Positions 36,069-50,129 of a stretch of 64,000 nucleotides of DNA are shown one piece after another. The position numbers were made by a program, and so were the translations under genes. The DNA is taken from the NCBI GenBank assembly GCA_951406725.2, contig OX597820.1, positions 45,074,001-45,138,000 of the forward strand, read 5' to 3'. Under the pieces are notes generated by a model, which was given only the letters and a program-made list of their open reading frames with translations, was not told the origin of the DNA and made no database searches. Source of the DNA: Octopus vulgaris (lineage: Eukaryota). Positions within the stretch are counted from its first letter, which is position 1. Each line of letters starts with the position of its first letter.

Positions 36069-37409
36069 GTAAGGTTTCTTCAGATTTTTATTTTGAAAAT
36101 ATTTCAGGAATTTTAGAAGATAAAATGGCAGAAAATAATACCAGAATACTTGCTAAGGAGGAATAAGTCTTGTTTAACTGAAGGGCAATATGTCCATCCT
36201 GTATTTTTGTCTCAGTTTATCTTCAACCACATAGTCCGATGTGTTCTTTCTTGCTTTTAAGATGGTGAAGTATGATGTAAAGTAGATTTGGCTGCTATTT
36301 TAAGCATGACAAGTGTCCATATAGAGATTTGAGATTTGAGTAACGAATCAATAAGAAGCCAATCTACAAAATGAAAGGTCACAAGTTCATATCCCATTAA
36401 AAACTCTGTGCTGTGTCAGTGGCCCATGTACTTAAATTTCGAAGACTTCCAATAATCTGCTAGCTGTAAATAAGGACTTCATCATCATCATCATTTAGCG
36501 TCCGCTTTCCATGCTAGCATGGGTTGGACGGTTCAACTGGGGTCTGGGAGGCCAGAAGGCTGCACCAGGCTCAGTCTGATCTGGCAGTGTTTCTACGGCT
36601 GGATGCCCTTCCTAACGCCAACCACTCCATGAGTGTAGTGGGTGCTTTTTATGTTACACCGGCACAGGTGCCAGACGGGGCTGGCAAACGGCCACGGTCG
36701 GATGGTACTTTTTACGTGCCACCGGCACAGGGGCCAGGCGAGGCTGGCAACGGCCACGATCGGATTGTATTGCATTTCTGGGTTTGTTTCTTCTTTCAGT
36801 TTAACTTGGAAATAACGGTTTCACCAGCCTGTTTTTGTTGTATAGCTGTAACTACATTGTTCAATATGTTTTTCCATTTTTATTATGATGGTTGAGTGTC
36901 ATTTGAAGCGGATTTGATAGCTATTTCTAGCAAGGTGAACAACCTTGTATTTTACTGACACTTTCTATTATAAGTATGTTTTTCTATTCTGGCACAAGTT
37001 GGACAGGTTTTCTGAAACAATATTATTATCAAATGATGGTAAATACACAATAAACAAAGAATAATTTACTTTCAAATATTGATTAAAGTCATTTTTATTT
37101 CACTTGTGTTGTTAATATTTTTGAAGAAAGTGATGTACATCACAATATTTCTTTTACTGCTACTCTAAGTATCTAATGTTTTAGTGATTTTCTCAAAGGA
37201 GAGTGGTAGACAGTGAACATGTTTACATTAGCCTTTCTCACTTCCTTTCTGCTCTTTAAAGATTTGTTTTTGAATAGAAAATATAGAATATTTTAGTTCC
37301 ATAAAACCCAGAATTAAAATAAGATGTTATACAGGAAGGCTTATTGGCCCTACAGTGGTGTAAACTACAAGCAAATGGATAAGTAAAATACATTTTTTTT
37401 TTTTTTCAG

Positions 37410-37479
37410 TTTCAACCCTGTAGCACTTACTATTCTTACCAAAGTCCTCACCAAAATTGCCTTAAAAGAATCTGTAAAG
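37410..37479 (+). CDS. RAD17: RAD17 coding exon 8 (FNPVALTILTKVLTKI)
   Basis: Poly-T CAG acceptor, GTCAGT donor; FNPVA motif. Confidence 0.93.
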
Positions 37480-37524
37480 GTCAGTCAACTTCAGTTTTTT
37501 TTCCTCTATTTCATCACACAAATC

Positions 37525-37720
37525 TGCTGAAAAGTTCCTGGCTTTGGTTGAAAGAAAATACAGGAGGATCAGTTAATTATGATTTTATTGAACATATTCT
37601 CTCAGACTCACACACTAATTGCAATGGTTCTTCAGTTTTTCTAAGCCATGTAAAAGAATTCAGAAGATTGAGCCATTTGTGACACCCTTAAAGCCAGGAA
37701 CTTTTCCAGCACCCCCTCAT
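37525..37720. mobile_element. mariner-type MITE; second copy at 63404-63619
   Basis: TIR (CGAGGGGG)TGCTGAAAAGTTCYTGGCTTT; TA flanks on the 63.4-kb copy. Confidence 0.82.
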
Positions 37721-39721
37721 ATGAACAAATGCTGTGCTGTAGACTAATAAAACCAATGCAAGTGTTGAATGATAGACATTAAAAGACAGAAAAGATAAAA
37801 GCATGATGTTACTTTAGCAGTTTATGGGCTGAAGTAAAGAAGACCAAGTTACATGCAACTGGATCTGGAACCACACTGCATTGTGTTTAATAATTATATG
37901 CATGAAGCAAGCAGACTATTTAAAATATTTCATCAAATTTGATGACTGGCATTCGTGCTAGTGGAGCCCTAAGAGTACCATCCGAGCGTGATCGGTGCCA
38001 GAGCAACAAACTGGCTTCCATGCCAGTGGCACATAAAAAGCACCATCCAAGCGTGATCATCTTCTGCGTCGTGTTACTGGTACTTGTGCTGGAGTCATGT
38101 GAAAAAACATTCGAGTGAGGTCGTTACCAGTGCCACTGGACTGGCTCCTGTGCAGGAGGCACATAAAAAGCACCATTTGAGTGTGGCCATTGCCAGTACC
38201 GCCTGACTGGCCCTCATGCCAGTGGCACATAAAAGCACTCACTATATTCAGGGAGTGGTAGGTGTTAGGAAGGGCATTCAGCTGTAGAAACTCTGCCAGA
38301 TCAGATTGGAGCCTGTTGCACCCATCTGGTTCGCCAGACCTCAGTCAAATCATCCAACCCATGCTAAGCAGACGTTAAATGATGATGATGATGATGAATC
38401 CCTGTGTGGTCTCTTGCCTTGCCAGTTCCTGTCAAATTGTCCAACCCGTACCAGTATGTAGAACATGTTAAATGTTGATTTTCATACTGGCATGCGTTGG
38501 ACAAGTCATCACTGGCTGTGTAGTTCTTATTCAGAATTACTGCCGTGTCTTTCTCAAACATTTCACTTTTGGTTTTGTTTCTACCGCTGGATGCTCTTCC
38601 TGTCACCAACCACTTTATAAAGTGTATTGAATACATTTTATCATGGCACCAGCACTAGAGAGGTTGTCATGTACCACAGTAGACTGAAAAGTCCTCACTA
38701 CTTTACTTGGCATAGATCAAGATGGTGAATAGTAACTGTCAAGAGAAAAACCAGGATGGATGGCAGAGGGGACTAGTGTATGAGGGTAGAAACAGAATTA
38801 TGGGAGTCAGAGGGCGGTACAAGAGAAGAAAGAGTGTGCTAGGTGGACACTAATAAAATTGAGTGTAAGAAGTACAAAGAGATCCAATGCAGTTATTAGT
38901 ACACACTGATACATGCATACACACACACATAAATGAATAAGTGTGCTGACATCTACACGTGTATAGTGCAATAGAGAAAATAATTTTCATCATCATCGCC
39001 GCTTTCCTTGCTGGCATAGGTTGGACGGTTTGACTGAGGACTGGCAAGACAGGCTGCTGCACCAGGCTCCAATCTGATCTGGCAAAATTTCAACAGCTGG
39101 ATGCCCTTCCTAAAGCCAACCACTATGAGAGTGTAGTGGATGCTTTTTACGTGCCACCTACATAGGAGCCAGTCATGTGGTACTGGCATTGACTATGCTT
39201 GAATGGTGCTTTCTATGTGCCGCCAGCATGGGGGCCAGCCAGGCGGTACTGGCATTGACTACACTTGATTGGTGCTTTTTATGTGCCAGTGATATGGGAC
39301 CAGTCAGGTGGCACTGGAATTGACCATGTTTGTATGGTGTGTTTTACGTGTCGCTGGCATCGGAGCCAGTCTGGTGAGACTGGCATTGATCACGCTGAAA
39401 TGGTGCTTTTTACATGCCACTGGCTTGGGAGCCAGTCAGGCGGTATTGGCATCAATTAGGCATGGGTGTGTGGTTAGGAAGCTTGCTTCCCAACCACATA
39501 ATTTTGGGTTCAGTTCCACTGCATGGCATCTTCGGCAAGTATCTTCTGCTATAGCCGCAAGCTGATCAAAGCCTTGTGATTGAATTTGGTAGACAGAAGG
39601 TTCTGTCATTTGTGTACATGTGTGTGTGAGTGCTTCTGCTTTCCTAACAGAGAGAAGGGGAGGAAAAAAAAAGAATGATATACATATATAACATTTTGTT
39701 CATTTAACCTTTGTTTTGTAG

Positions 39722-39833
39722 AGTACCAACAAGATAAGTATGCCATCAAAAACGGTTCTGGAGTCTATAGCTTTATCCAGTAATGGTGACATTAGAGGAG
39801 CTGTCAATGCATTGCAGTTTTCTTGTTTAAAAG
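39722..39833 (+). CDS. RAD17: RAD17 coding exon 9 (..SSNGDIRGAVNALQFSCLK)
   Basis: Sensor-2 GDIR motif; AG/GT, phase 0-1. Confidence 0.94.
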
Positions 39834-40534
39834 GTTTGTCAAATTTGCATTTTGCATTTTCCTTGTAGCTATCTCAATATGTTACTGTGCAGCCCCAGGT
39901 CAGCTTTATGCAGGTAAACTCAGGGCTTGTGCTGGTAATTGGTTGAATGATAAGCTGTGAGTCACAGATCTATTGTTCTAAATACACCATATCTTCACCT
40001 AGCTTTACATGTTTTTTCTATGCTGGCATGAGTTAAATGAATACATATTGATATTGTATTTTTTTATATAGCTTGGTACACTACCTGTCACTAACCCGTA
40101 CCTTTTTTCAAGTAAGGAAGTTTTTGTTCTACTTCAAAAGCACAGAGTTACCTGACAATTTATTGACCAAGAAATGTTAATAAACTACACCAGCCATAAT
40201 TTAGAGCAACAAAATGTAAACATTCACATCTACGTGCATACATGTGACGGCTTTGTGCAATTCTTGTGTACCAATTTCACCCACAAGGCATTGGTTTGCC
40301 AAAAGCTATAGTTGAAGGCTCTGGCCAATGAGTCTTGAAACCATATAGTTGTGAAGCAGACTTACTCACACAGTCATGCCTGCATACTTAATATTTATCC
40401 TTACTTGCATGAGGACACGTAGAGTAATATACTTTACTCAGGAATGCAAGAAAGGGCCAGCACTGGTTTTAGACTCATTCATCTTGCCTCCACAAATAAA
40501 CATTGTCCTCGAGCCAAGAAAGGTGCCTCTAGAT

Positions 40535-40789
40535 CGATGGTTCTTAGCTGGGGTCCAAATGGCCCTTGGGGTTCTATATAAGATTTTGTTAAAATATATT
40601 TGCAATAAATTGGTTATGCTTCTACAATAAAGAAAATATTTTAACAATTTTTTTTTTTACACAATTCGTAATAATATTATTATTATTATATAATATGATT
40701 TTTTTAAACATTGAATAACTGGGAAGGTCAATCTAAGTAAAATAGGATTCGGAGTGGTCAGTAGGTATAAAAATGGTTGACAACCACTG
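40535..40789. mobile_element. hAT MITE
   Basis: 8-bp TSD CTCTAGAT on both sides; CGATGGTT...AACCACTG termini. Confidence 0.85.
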
Positions 40790-41223
40790 CTCTAGATGGT
40801 TGTTTGATATGATATAGCAGCGAAACTTCCCTCAAATTACACCATATCATCTTGAAATAGGAAGGGCATATTGGACAGTGTAGTCTTAGACATACAAAAC
40901 TATAGGATGGTTAAGGCTAGAATGCCGTGAATCATAAACCTGCAGGAAGGGTATCCAGCTGCAGAAAGTTCATCTCAACAAATTCCATCTGATCCATGTG
41001 AGTGTGGAAAATTTGATGATGATGTAGATATATTATATGTCTTGATGATGCTGCAAAAGTTCACAACCAAAGGAAGTAGAAATAACAAAGGAGTTATGAA
41101 TCAACTTCTTAATGCTTACTTTTTATTTACCATCAGATCTTGATATGTTCCTCTGTGTTGTTGTTGTTACCATTAAATTGTGAGATCATAAATGTTTCCT
41201 TTTGTTTTTCTTTTTTATCCTAG

Positions 41224-41418
41224 ATACTTCTGATCTCATTGGTACTTTCTCCCGGAAACACAAGCAGAGGTCAAAGTCCACATCACAACTTAAACAGAAA
41301 CACACCACCACAAGTACAGTTTCTTCACCTGGTGATGTCCAATCTATGCCTTGTATTGGTGGCAAAGATGGATCCTTATTTCTTTTCCGTGCTTTAGGAA
41401 AAATACTTTATTGTAAAC
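41224..41418 (+). CDS. RAD17: RAD17 coding exon 10 (..IGGKDGSLFLFRALGKILYCK)
   Basis: Highly conserved Rad17 block; GTGAGT donor. Confidence 0.95.
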
Positions 41419-41785
41419 GTGAGTAGAATTCTTTTTTTGCTTTTCTCTTTTTGCTGCTTTTAAATCCATTTCTCATTCTGGAATTGTTGGTATTGGTATT
41501 GTGGTGGGATGATATTATAGTGGATTTGGTATTGTGGGGTGGCGTGGTATTTTGCTGAGTCTGATATTGTGCTGAGCTTGGTATTGTGTGGTAGGAGGTA
41601 TTGCTGAGGGTTTGGTATTGTGGTGGGACTGTGTTAATTTTGTAAGGTTTTGTTGCAATTATTTTATGGCTTGGTCAGAGGAGCAAGGCCAATGCCTAAT
41701 TACTGTTTTGCAAGACGTCTATGACTTTTGGGAGAAAGAAACTAGATACCTGAACCATACATTTATTGTATTTTTCTATTTTCAG

Positions 41786-41874
41786 GTGAAACAGACTCTT
41801 CCCTAAGCAAACAGTCTTTGTTACCTGCTCATTTAGCTCATCACGAAAGGCTACCATTACTTGAAATACCCGAA
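41786..41874 (+). CDS. RAD17: RAD17 coding exon 11 (RETDSSLSKQSLLPAHLAHHERLPLLEIPE)
   Basis: TTTCAG acceptor; LP-HL..ER..LL..PE motif; weak donor GAA|GTTCGT. Confidence 0.9.
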
Positions 41875-43387
41875 GTTCGTTGATTTCTTTTTTATTTCTA
41901 TTTTCTTTTCTATTTTTACTATTTTATTTTTACTGTTTGACTCTAGTTTTATATCTGAGTTATTTTAAAACCCTTATTTGTAGTTGAACTCCAACACTGC
42001 TTTATGTTGTAGTCTAACAGTCATTGAACTGAGAGTAGTTTCGTTGACCTATTACGTATACTAATGTGGAGGTACTTTCATGAATTTTACCAATATATAC
42101 ATAGAGAGATTACATTAGAGAGATTTTTGGACACCATAAACATATACACACAACTGGAGATATTAAAGACCAAGAAAAGAACCTTTACATGGTTAATTGA
42201 CCTGCTAAAAATAGAAGTCAAATCAAACTTCAACTTTTCAAAAAGGTGGGACGCATTGAATAATGCACCTACTAAAATGATAGGAGGGTCATGACTAGAA
42301 CACACCTGATTTTAAGTCTGCTCTGTTAAAGTAGACTTAAGGTTAAATAACAGCAGCTGAAAGTTGTAGTTGCTGTTAGTAGACTAACACTGTAATAAGA
42401 GGGGGGCTTATAAGTAGGTTTATTATTTACTCTAAGCTGGAGCCATTATTCTGTGACTAATTTGGAATCAAGGGTCAGTTGCAAGCTAATGTTTGAAGCA
42501 TCATCATTGTTTAACGTCCACTTTCCATGCTGGTATGGGTTGGACGGTTTGACAAGGAGTTAGCTAGCAGGGAGCCGTCCAGACTCCAGCTGTCTGTTGA
42601 GGCATGGTTTCTGTGGCTAGATGCCCTTCCTAGTGCTAACCACTTTAGTGTATGCAGGGTGCCTTTTATGTGCTACCGGCATGGGTGTGTTTACACAGTA
42701 CTGGCCTGGCTGCATTTACACAACACTGGCATGAGTATTCTCATGCAGCACCGGCACGGGTACTGTTTAAGTGGCACCAGCACCTGAAAGCACAAGCCTG
42801 TATGTGTGGAAGACAGCGATTTTACTTAGCTTGATGTGTCTTATCAAGTACAGCAAATCGCTACATCTCCTACCAACATACACTGACATTAATTGCGTGC
42901 ATGTGTGTGCGCGCGCACACACACATACACATATACCTATTTCTTTACTACCCACAAGGGGCTAAACACAGAGAGGACAAACGGATTAAGTCGATCATAT
43001 CGACCCCAGTGCGTAACTGGTACTTAATTCATCGACCCTGAAAGGATGAAAGACAAAGTTGACCTCGGCGGAATTTGAACTCAGAACGTAGTGGCAGACG
43101 AAATACCACTAAGCATTTCGCCTGGCGTGCTAACGTTTCTGCCAGCTCGCTGCCTTATATCTGTACAACCTTGTAACCTATTGGATATTTCTTTAAATAG
43201 GCTGCTGCTGGGGTGCAGGCATAGAGGAATGCCTGTAGCAGTTACCAGTGGAAGTAGTGAAGAATGATTAATGAAATGAAATGAAAGTGGGATAGATCAT
43301 GAAGACAACAATAAAAAATATGTCTTGTATTCTAAACTTTATGGATTATCATTTTTTTTTCTTTTCTGTTGTGTATTTATTTTACAG

Positions 43388-43534
43388 GAAGTAGTCGATA
43401 AATCTCACATGTCTGGAGAGCTGTTCACCACTTTCCTCGAACAGAACTACATTAATTTCTTCCACAGTATTGAAGATATTGAGTGTGCAAGTGAATACTT
43501 AAGTGATGCTGATATTTTCACACTTGATTGGTCT
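43388..43534 (+). CDS. RAD17: RAD17 coding exon 12 (EVVDKSHMSGELF...ASEYLSDAD)
   Basis: QNY and SEYLSDAD motifs; phase 0-0. Confidence 0.94.
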
Positions 43535-44342
43535 GTACGTATTTTTTATTTGCTTTGTCACTTTTACTCATTTTTAATGTTCAGTTTTTTTAAAAAATTT
43601 TTGTCTTCCCCGTGATTGAAATGTATGTGTGAAATGGCAGGTTTCATAGGTTTGAAGTGACAGCTTATTAGTTACAAATTCATATCCACTATAGATCTTA
43701 CCCTGTGTTTCTGGTTATGATAGTATATTCTTTACACTTCAGTACACCAGGCTCTGTGGTTGAAAAGTTTGTCTTGTGACTATATAGTTTCAAGTTTGAT
43801 TCCATGCATGGCACATTGTGGAAGTATCTTCTATGGTTTCAGTTTGACCAATACTTCATGAGTGGAATATGTTAGACTAAAACTATGTGGAAGTCAATCC
43901 TATTGTCATTATGGGTTTATAGCCTTTTAACATATTGGTGTGGATTTGATGGGTTGTCACAGTCAGCATATATATGAGGGCGCAGTTGCTCTTCCTAATG
44001 CCAATCACTTTACAGTGTACTGAGTGCAATTTTCCATAGTACCAACACCTGGGAGATGGCCATTTCCATGGCACCATAAAAGAGACTTCTTGACCTCACT
44101 ATTTTGCTCACTCACAGGCCATATATCATCATCATATCCACTTTTCCATGCCTGCTTGAGTAGGATGGAGTTTATTGAGGTGGATTTTTTTGTGACCAGA
44201 TGCCTTTCCTCTTGCCATCTCTTAGCTGCTTCCAAGCAAGGTAGTGTTTCCTTATGACCAGACATATTTTCACAGAATGTTTGGAATGAATGACACTGTA
44301 TAGCAGTGACACTCATTTACATCTATCACACAATATCAAGAC

Positions 44343-46280
44343 ATCATCATCATCATCATCGTTTAACGTCCGCTTTCCATGCTAGCATGGGTTGGACGGT
44401 TCAACTGGGGTCTGGGAAGCCCGAAGGCTGCACCAGGCCAGTCAGATCTGGCAGTGTTTCTACAGCTGGATGCCCTTCCTAACGCCAACCACTCTGAGAG
44501 TGTAGTGGGTGATTTTATGTGCCACTGACACAGGTGCCAGATGAGGCTGGCAAACGGCCACGCTCGGATGGTGTTTTTTACGTGCCACCGGCACGGAGGC
44601 CAGTCAGTGCGGTACTGGCTACGGCCACGTTCGGATGGTTTTCGTATGTGCCACCGGCACTGGTACCACAAAACTACAAATTCCATTAATGTTCATCGAG
44701 TTTGCTTTTGATTTTGTCCATTTTCACTTGCCTCAACAGGTCTTCACAAGTAGAGTTATGTGTCCCAAGAAGGAAGGTATGCATAGGTGCACTGACTACG
44801 TTCCAGGTAGGGGCCATGGGTTATGGCCTCACTTGTCCAGCCGGGTCTTCTCACGCACAGCATACTTCCAAAGGTCTCGGTCTCTGGTCATTTCCTCGGT
44901 GAGACCTAAAGAGCGAAGGTCGTTCTTCACCACCTCGTCCCAGGTTTTCCTGGGTCTGCCTCTTCCACAGGTTCCCTCAACCGCCAGGGTGTGGCACTTT
45001 TTCACACAATCTTCATCCATTCTTACTACGTGTCCATACCAGCGTAGACGCCTCTCTTGCACACCACATCTGATGCTTCTTAGGTCCAACTTTTCTCTCA
45101 AGGCACTTACACTCTGTCTGGTATGAACACTGACATTACACATCCAATGGAGCATACTGGCTTCATTTCTTGCAAGCTTACGCATATCCTCAGCAGTCAC
45201 GGCCCATGTTTCACTGCCATGTAGCATGGCTGTTCGCACACATGCGTCATACAGTCTGCCTTTTACTCTGAGCGAGAGGCCTTTTGTCACCAGCAGAGGT
45301 AAGAGCTCACTGAACTTTGCCCAGGCTATTCTTACTCTAGCAGTTACACTTTCGGCACACCTACCCCCGCTACTGACTTGGTCACCTAGGTAACGGAAAC
45401 TATCAACTATTTCAAGTTTTTCTCCCTGGAATGTGACGGAAGATGGTCTCTGCACACTTTCAGTGTTTATTGCACCAGAGCATCTGCCACATACAAAAAC
45501 TATTTTCCTAGTTAGCCTTCCTTTGACATTGCTGCACCTCTTATGTGTCTATAGCTTACACTTGGTGCATCTTATAGAGTTCCTACCTACGCCTTTTCTA
45601 CAGATCGAGCAGGGCCATCTACCTGATGGCGTTTGAAATTTGTCTATCTTCCTACTTATTAGGACTTTGGTTTTAGCTAGATTGACTCTAAGGCCCTTCG
45701 ATTCTAATCCTTGCTTCCACACCTGAAATTTCTCGAGTTCCGATAGTGATTCAGCAATTAGAGCAAGGTCATCAGCATAGAGGAGCTCCCAGGGGCATCC
45801 TGTCTTGAATTCCTCCTTTATTGCCTGGAGGACTATGATAAATAGGAGGGGGCTGAGGACTGAGCCTTGGTGGACCCCAACCTCCACCCGGAATTCTTTA
45901 CTGTACTCGTTGCCAACCCTCACCTTACTAACAGCGTCCCTGTACATGGCACGCACAGCTCTCACTAACCATTCATCTATACCTAGTTTCCTCATTGACC
46001 ACCAGATAAGGGAACGGGGGACCCTGTCAAAGGCTTTCTCCAAGTCAACGAAAGCCAGGTACAGAGTTTTATCTTTCGCTAGGTATTTCTCCTGCAGCTG
46101 TCTCACCAGAAATATGGCATCAGTGGTGCTTTTCCCTGGCACGAAACCAAACTGCATCTCGTCTAGGTTGACTCTCTCTTTAATCAGTTGGGCTATGACG
46201 CTTTCCGTAACCTTCATTACCTGATCCAACAGCTTGATACCTCTGTAATTACTTGTATCTAGAGCGTCACCCTTACCTTT
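44343..46280 (-). mobile_element. Young 5'-truncated RTE LINE (RT C-terminal half, ~490-nt 3' UTR, (GAT)n tail)
   Basis: NYRGIKLL, FVDLEKAFD, HQGSVLSP, YADD, YLG and LRWYGHV..GRGRPRKTW motifs; stop at ~44829. Confidence 0.95.
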
Positions 46281-46946
46281 GTGAGACAAATATATGCACT
46301 CAAGCTCACAAACACATTTATACATACATGTGCCCCTGTGCCGGTGGCACGTAAAAACACCATCCGTTTGTGGCCGTTTGCCAACTCTGTCTGGCACCTG
46401 TGCAGGTGGCACGTAAAAAGCACCCACTACACTCACGGAGTGGTTGGCGTTAGGAAGGGCATCCAGCCGTAGAAACACTGCCAAATCTGACTGGGCCTGA
46501 TGAAGCCTTCCGGCTTCACAGACCCCAGTTAAACCGTCCAACCCATGCTAGCATGGAAAACGGACGCTAAATGATGATGATGATGTGCATGTGCACACAT
46601 GCATACATAGGCTTCTTTTCAATTTCCATACACCAAACCCACTCACAAGGATTAAGTCATCTTGGGCTAACAGAATACACTTGCCCAAGATGGGCCTGAA
46701 CCTAAAATCATGTGGCTGGTATTGCTTGTATATATTCACATATGTGTATGTGCTTGCTTGTATCTCTTGTTGATGTATATCTGAAGAATTTGGAAAACCA
46801 GTGGTAGTTTCCTTGTCACTTTTGTCATCAGAAATGCCGTGAACTTTTGATTGCTTCATTGGTACCAACACTACTATTGTTCACAAATTACAATATAAAT
46901 TTTGTAAGTGTGTTACCTGCTATTAAGTATAGGTAACATTCTAGAT

Positions 46947-47854
46947 CAGAGGTTCCCAATTTTTTTTCACTGTGGACCACCTCAAATTTTAAATTTATCA
47001 TAAAATACCTGCTACTCATAAATATTAGTGTCATATCCACTTTGCAATGAAAGTTCCTTTATCGTTCTTGTAAGGGACATTACAGAGAACAAATAACTGG
47101 AAGCACCAATAACAATAAATGCACATGATTCTCAAAAAAGCTTTATTTGATATAACTGAATAGAAAAGGTTTGCAATGGTATTCTCCAAAGTACTCCTTT
47201 GGCTTGACAAATAAACCAGGATGGATTTTTTTGTAGATGATACAACAATTTTGAGGGTTTCATTGAGTCGTTCGTTAATACTTTTGAGCAGATAATACAC
47301 TGTGGTAAAAAGAGGATCTTCTACACTGGATACAAAACCATATTTGAAATAATCTTTGTGATATTGTCTACAGAATCCCTTTTCCGAGTCGGTGGATGGA
47401 GAATTAAGGGAACGTTTTTCCATATCACTGACAGCAAAATTTCTATAGATTACAATTAGACTTACACTTGCGTAAAAATGTACGTACCTGGAGAGATAAT
47501 ACGATATGTTGGGTAAGCTGTAAGAATTGCAGTTTCGTTAGTAATCCTCAATTCAAAAGTCAGGTCGAAAACATGATTGTGTTGACCGGCTGAGAACACA
47601 CAATTTTTTGTGTGCTTTTAATGCACACAAATGTGGATCTGATTGTACACGTCTGTACCTGTCTGGTACGCGTCCGTGTATGATTGGATAACTAATCATC
47701 CAATAGGCAATGAGTGCACTCGTATGTGCTCATGCATATGTGATGAGGCATATTTCATTTGCGCGATGTGCATGTATGGAAAAATTTCAATTCTTCAGAA
47801 AATTTTTCGGTTGGACCACCTAGTGTTCCACATGGACCAGGTTGGAAACTCCTG
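46947..47854 (-). mobile_element. Internally deleted hAT (Buster/Charlie) element with a BED-finger transposase remnant
   Basis: CAG-GGTT-CCAA TIRs; TSD TTCTAGAT/TTCTGGAT; RQYHKDYFKYGF...NDSMKPSKL. Confidence 0.88.
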
Positions 47855-48290
47855 TTCTGGATTTAGATTTGCCTCCTGTATATGGTGAGAGAAATGTGTG
47901 ACATGAGGCTGTTTGATAAGAGGAGGACTGAGGACTTGATGGGGATGCTGGGGTTGGAGAAATCAGTGGAATGGCTGGCAAGGGTGAATGGAGTGCAGTG
48001 GTATGAGCATGTATTGAGGAGGAATGAAGAGCATCTTCTGAAGAGGGTACTAGAACTTGGGGTAAATGGATTGCGAAAGCAAGGGAGACTGAAGAAAATG
48101 TGGAGGAGGAGATTTGGAGGGTTGGGACGCCCAAAACCAGGCGAGATGGTGTGTGGGCAGTTGCTATGGCAATGAGGTAGATTCAGCCACCCCCGTTAAC
48201 GAGGACAAAACCTGGATTTAAAATGATGGAAATGGAATGGATATGAATGTGACTCTATGCCAGCTTTTGATCAGCACTTGACCAGATTAA

Positions 48291-48673
48291 CCCTTTTGTT
48301 ACTGTATTTATTTTAAATGCTCTGTGTTTCTTTCATTTACTTTAAATATAACAAAGGATTTAGTAAAATAACTTAGTTATCATTAAGCTAATGTTAGAAA
48401 CATAAATTGTGACTTAGGTTTGGTGGAAGATTATAATTTAAAACTTATTTAAAACTGCCTGCATCAGTTGTTGACTGCCATGACACTGCATCCTTTAAGG
48501 CCCTCATGCTTCCCGAAATCCGTCGAAACTACACCTGATTATATATACACTTTAGTTGAGTTGTAGTGCACCTGAGCACTGTACACAATTATTATTATTA
48601 TTTATTTATTATGGAAACAAGACATTTGTACTCAGAGCCAGAGCCGGTTTCAGCCGGGTTGGTAACAAAAGGG
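48291..48673. mobile_element. piggyBac-type MITE interrupted by a CR1 3' end
   Basis: TTAA-CCCTTTTGTTAC...GTAACAAAAGGG-TTAA. Confidence 0.85.
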
Positions 48674-50081
48674 TTAAAGGAAAGTCTGACTGAAAAATTG
48701 CTCGGCCATATGTTACGTATATGTGGTCTTGTTAAAATGCTCTTCCACTATATTGAAAATAAGGGTTCTAGTAGAATATTTTGCCAGTGAGATCATACAA
48801 TCTTTAATGTGGCTCTTCTAAAAATCATCATCACTATCATTGATTTTTATTTTTATTTTTTGCCAATACTGGTCTGTGTTAGAAGAATTCATAGGACACT
48901 TATTTCTCTGTTCACCTTGTTCCTATTGTTATTAAGTCACTTGTAAATTTAGTTGTTAGTTTGGTGATAAAGGAATCTCTTTTGATCAAGCAGACTTATT
49001 TTTTGAGGTTAACTACACACTATGGGATTGACACTTAATCTAAATTCAAATATAGTTAGTTGATAAACTAGACCAAAAACAAAACAAAACAAAGCTGAAA
49101 AGAAAAAACAAATAAAACATCTAGATTTGACACTAACATCCTGTTTGTTGGTTAAGTGAGACCTAGTTTTTCTGTTAGTGCATTTAGTTTATAACTGGCT
49201 TCTTAGAAAACTGCACGGACTGTGTTAATGCTAATTATGCATACTTCAACAAATTCTGTTTAATGTACTTAATGTCATTACAAAATCAGCAGAACTGCAA
49301 GACTGCTAAGTCTTAAATCTTCAAGAAATAACTGATTTGCATAGGTGAGCTTTACCTAAGAATTCATGAATTTGGAAATATGAATAATGATGATGTTGAC
49401 AGACTGTCTAATTCTGTTTTAAGTAAGTTAATGTTAACAAATTTAATGCATTTAATGTTAAAAGCTAATCCAGAAATAAGTATTTAGGTGAAAAAATATT
49501 TTAAAAATCAAAATTTGTAAATGACTTATTATTTTCATAATTCTGTTTTAGTTATATAAAGTTTTCCTTTTTATAAATCTGTTTGCACTCATGAACATAA
49601 ACTCATATTTCTCATTATGACTTTTATTATATTCTTTATGTAATTAACACAATGTGCTCAGTACTCTAAAGTTGAGCTAAAATAATGTAAATCTAATGTG
49701 CATGCAGATATATACATGTGTGTGTGTGTGTGTGATCATCATTTATAATGGATAATGTTCATTATCCATATTAGCATGGGTCAGACTATTTGACCTGGGG
49801 TGGTTAGCTGGAAGGCTGCACAAGACTCCAGTCTGATTGGCATGGTTTTCTATGGTTGGATATCCTCCCTAACACCAACCACTCTGAGAGGGTAATGAGT
49901 GCTTTTGCATGCCACCAGCATGGGTGCCATTTGTGTGACACCAGTATCTACTACGACTGTGATTTTGCTCGGCTAGATGGGTCTTCTGAAGCATGACATA
50001 ATGCCAAAGGCCTTGGTCATTGTCTCTGTGAGACCCAACACTTGAAAGGAACTCAGCCACTTTGATTCCCTGAGGTCCAAT

Positions 50082-50092
50082 ATATATGTGTG

Positions 50093-50129
<37 letters not shown>

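Noticed and set aside
42064-42294. 76-aa plus-strand ORF as an extra RAD17 exon
   Set aside because: Exons 11 and 12 already join in frame as ...IPE|EVV..., as expected for Rad17, and the ORF has no Rad17-like motif
45549-46541. 330-aa ORF with a novel N-terminus on an RT
   Set aside because: The N-terminus is read through an inverted RTE 3'-UTR copy and SINE sequence, so it is a chance fusion
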